64,000 nucleotides of DNA from Curvularia clavata. Lineage: Eukaryota. Made by a program: the position numbers and the translations under genes. The notes beneath the pieces were generated by a model. That model was given only the letters and a program-made list of their open reading frames with translations. It was not told where the DNA came from and did no database searches. The stretch covers positions 1,860,001 to 1,924,000 of the forward strand of contig CP089276.1 of NCBI GenBank assembly GCA_023920165.1, written 5' to 3'. Positions 62,273 through 64,000 of this stretch are shown here, in pieces; within the stretch, counting starts at the first letter, position 1, and every line of letters starts with the position of its first letter.

Positions 62273-64000
62273 TCACATCGACACTACCATACTCGCAGGG
62301 CATTGAGAGATGAGGTGCAAATCGTGGTACTTGTTGTGGCATGACGCTCTTTCTTTCCCCCAGCAATGAAGGCAAATATCGTAGTTCTCGTCACACGTAC
62401 AACAATCTGGTGATGAGAGTTAGTAAGCGGGAGTGGTTTTGCGCTGTTGACCAAACTTACGAAGGTAGAGACTGTCCTCTAGCATATCGCGAGAACAGTT
62501 GTCGCAGGTGAGATCTATCATTCGGTCGACATTGTACCTTGGGCAGTCTTTTAGAGCATAAAACGCTTGCTTCAACTTCGGGGCCACTCGCAGATCGCTC
62601 TGCCCATGGAAGAAGCAGCCCTTGCCCTCATCTATACAAGATCTACAAACGTTGATACGCAAATCGTAAGAACGACCCGACTTTGCATCTTTCACTTTCC
62701 TGTCATTTTCCATGCACTTTTTGCATCCTGAGTAACTAACGTAAGCAACAAACTTATGCTATTTCAGAGGTGGTTCTTACTAGAATAATCTTCCGAGGCA
62801 GAATAGCTTTTCAGGCAATGGTCGCAGAATGAGGTCAGGAACGCTCCCATTGTATCCTCGGCCGAGACTCCATCCACCGCATACTCTTTGTATGGTTGTT
62901 TCATGCGAAATGCAAATTTTCGGCTTTTCACAAATTTCCATTCAGCGAAAACTCGTGATTTTCGCTCAAAGATGCCTGGTTGTGCTTTGGCATAGGCCGC
63001 CTCGCTGTCATCTCTGTCATTCCTTAAATTGATCTGGAGGAGCTGTTCGTGAAGAATTGCAAGTTCTCGTCTGTTGGCTTCTTTCTGCGCTGCATTGCTC
63101 GTCCGTAAGGCCTTTACTTTTTGGTCGAGTACCTCTTGGCGTTTGAAAGACTGGCTGAAAGACTGCTCCCGTAGTTGCAATCGTTGATGCTGTATCTCGA
63201 GCCGTTGCTGCTGTATCTCAAACTGTTGTTGTGCTAGTTTGAGCGTAATCGCATAAACTTCTTTCGCCCGCTGCATTTTCTGCTCATACTCGGCTTGTAG
63301 ATTCGCGAACTGTCTTGCTTCTGCTGCGCGGATTTGCATCAGCTCTTCTCTATGAACGATGGTCTTCGCTGCTTCGGTGTCGTCTACTGAACGCCCATGG
63401 TTGACAATCTCCTCCTGTACCCTCAATGTGACCTTGGGTTGGGGAGCGAACTGGGCAAGGAGTCCAATGCATTCATCCCGTTGATAAGGAATCCGTTCGA
63501 TTCGAGAGCCCTTAGATACCATCTCACCCCACCATTCCCACGTATCAGTAAGCTCTTGTCGGCGGCTCTGAATCGTGGTTTCAGTCTCCATGTCACAAAA
63601 ACTGAGACCGAGCACGATGTTTTTGAAGTTGTTATTGCCGCACAATTTCTTGAACATAAGAAGATTGCGTATCTGAGAGCCCCTTTGGCGAGGGATGTTT
63701 ACTGCTTGGAGGTACAAAAGACCATTCAACAATTGACCTTTCTGGAATGCTTGAGCCATCCAGCGTGCCAACTCACGGTAAACATCTTCGTCATCGCGCT
63801 GGCTATCATCGAAGCCTGGTGTGTCAACCAAGACATATGTGATTCCTGCTGATTGAAAGCGATACTGGGCGATCTCTTGCGTGACTATAAGATGCAGTGG
63901 CGTTAGCTCATCTCTCTGCAGATCGTATAAAGTGAATTTAAATTACGAGACTCAGTGTCAGTGCTGGTAAGTATGTCACTACATTGCGTGACACGTTTGA
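62273..64000 (-). CDS. P-loop GTPase (AIG1/septin-like fungal family) + coiled coil + two ZZ-type zinc fingers; 5' end lies beyond the window
   Basis: G3 motif LVDTPGFDDS, GLLYLQ, NLLMFKKLCG, Q/E/R-rich coiled coil. Cys clusters CDHC..CKKC..CRSC..C..H and CDNC..HCCTC..YDICLHC..CH..H, assembled across introns near 62730-62780 and 62407-62460. Confidence 0.8.

Noticed and set aside
1..64000. CRISPR arrays, rRNA, tRNA, intact transposase or prokaryotic defence systems
   Set aside because: Eukaryotic spliced genes throughout. No repeat-spacer array, cloverleaf or transposase/RT motifs were recognised by eye.

Overview
Eukaryotic, intron-containing DNA from a filamentous ascomycete (short GT..AG introns with CTAAC/CTGAC branch sites; a Dothideomycete/Pleosporales origin is my impression from the gene set, not proven). 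About 23 protein-coding genes are supported. The left ~14 kb looks accessory: a SAM methyltransferase (5'-truncated), a self-sufficient CYP505 P450-reductase, a hairpin-rich/TpA-rich relic, decayed ORFs, a secreted pepsin-fold protein lacking both catalytic aspartates, and a GT34 glycosyltransferase. The middle carries a PTH11-like receptor, an FAD oxidoreductase, a CTP1-like mitochondrial carrier, a divergent hydantoinase-DUF917/NCS1 permease pair, a PadC-like decarboxylase, a SnoaL-like protein, and a head-to-head Ada-like/MutL-like DNA-repair pair. The right half is mostly housekeeping: Trm5, kinesin-3, an APH kinase, a Mae1-like transporter with a prion-like N-terminus, a Nudix CoA diphosphatase, eIF4A, an F-box/JmjC protein with a long structured intron, Bub2, an SDR, and a GTPase-coiled coil-tandem ZZ finger gene truncated by the window end. 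No rRNA, tRNA or CRISPR was seen. Exon boundaries were read by eye and need RNA-seq confirmation.
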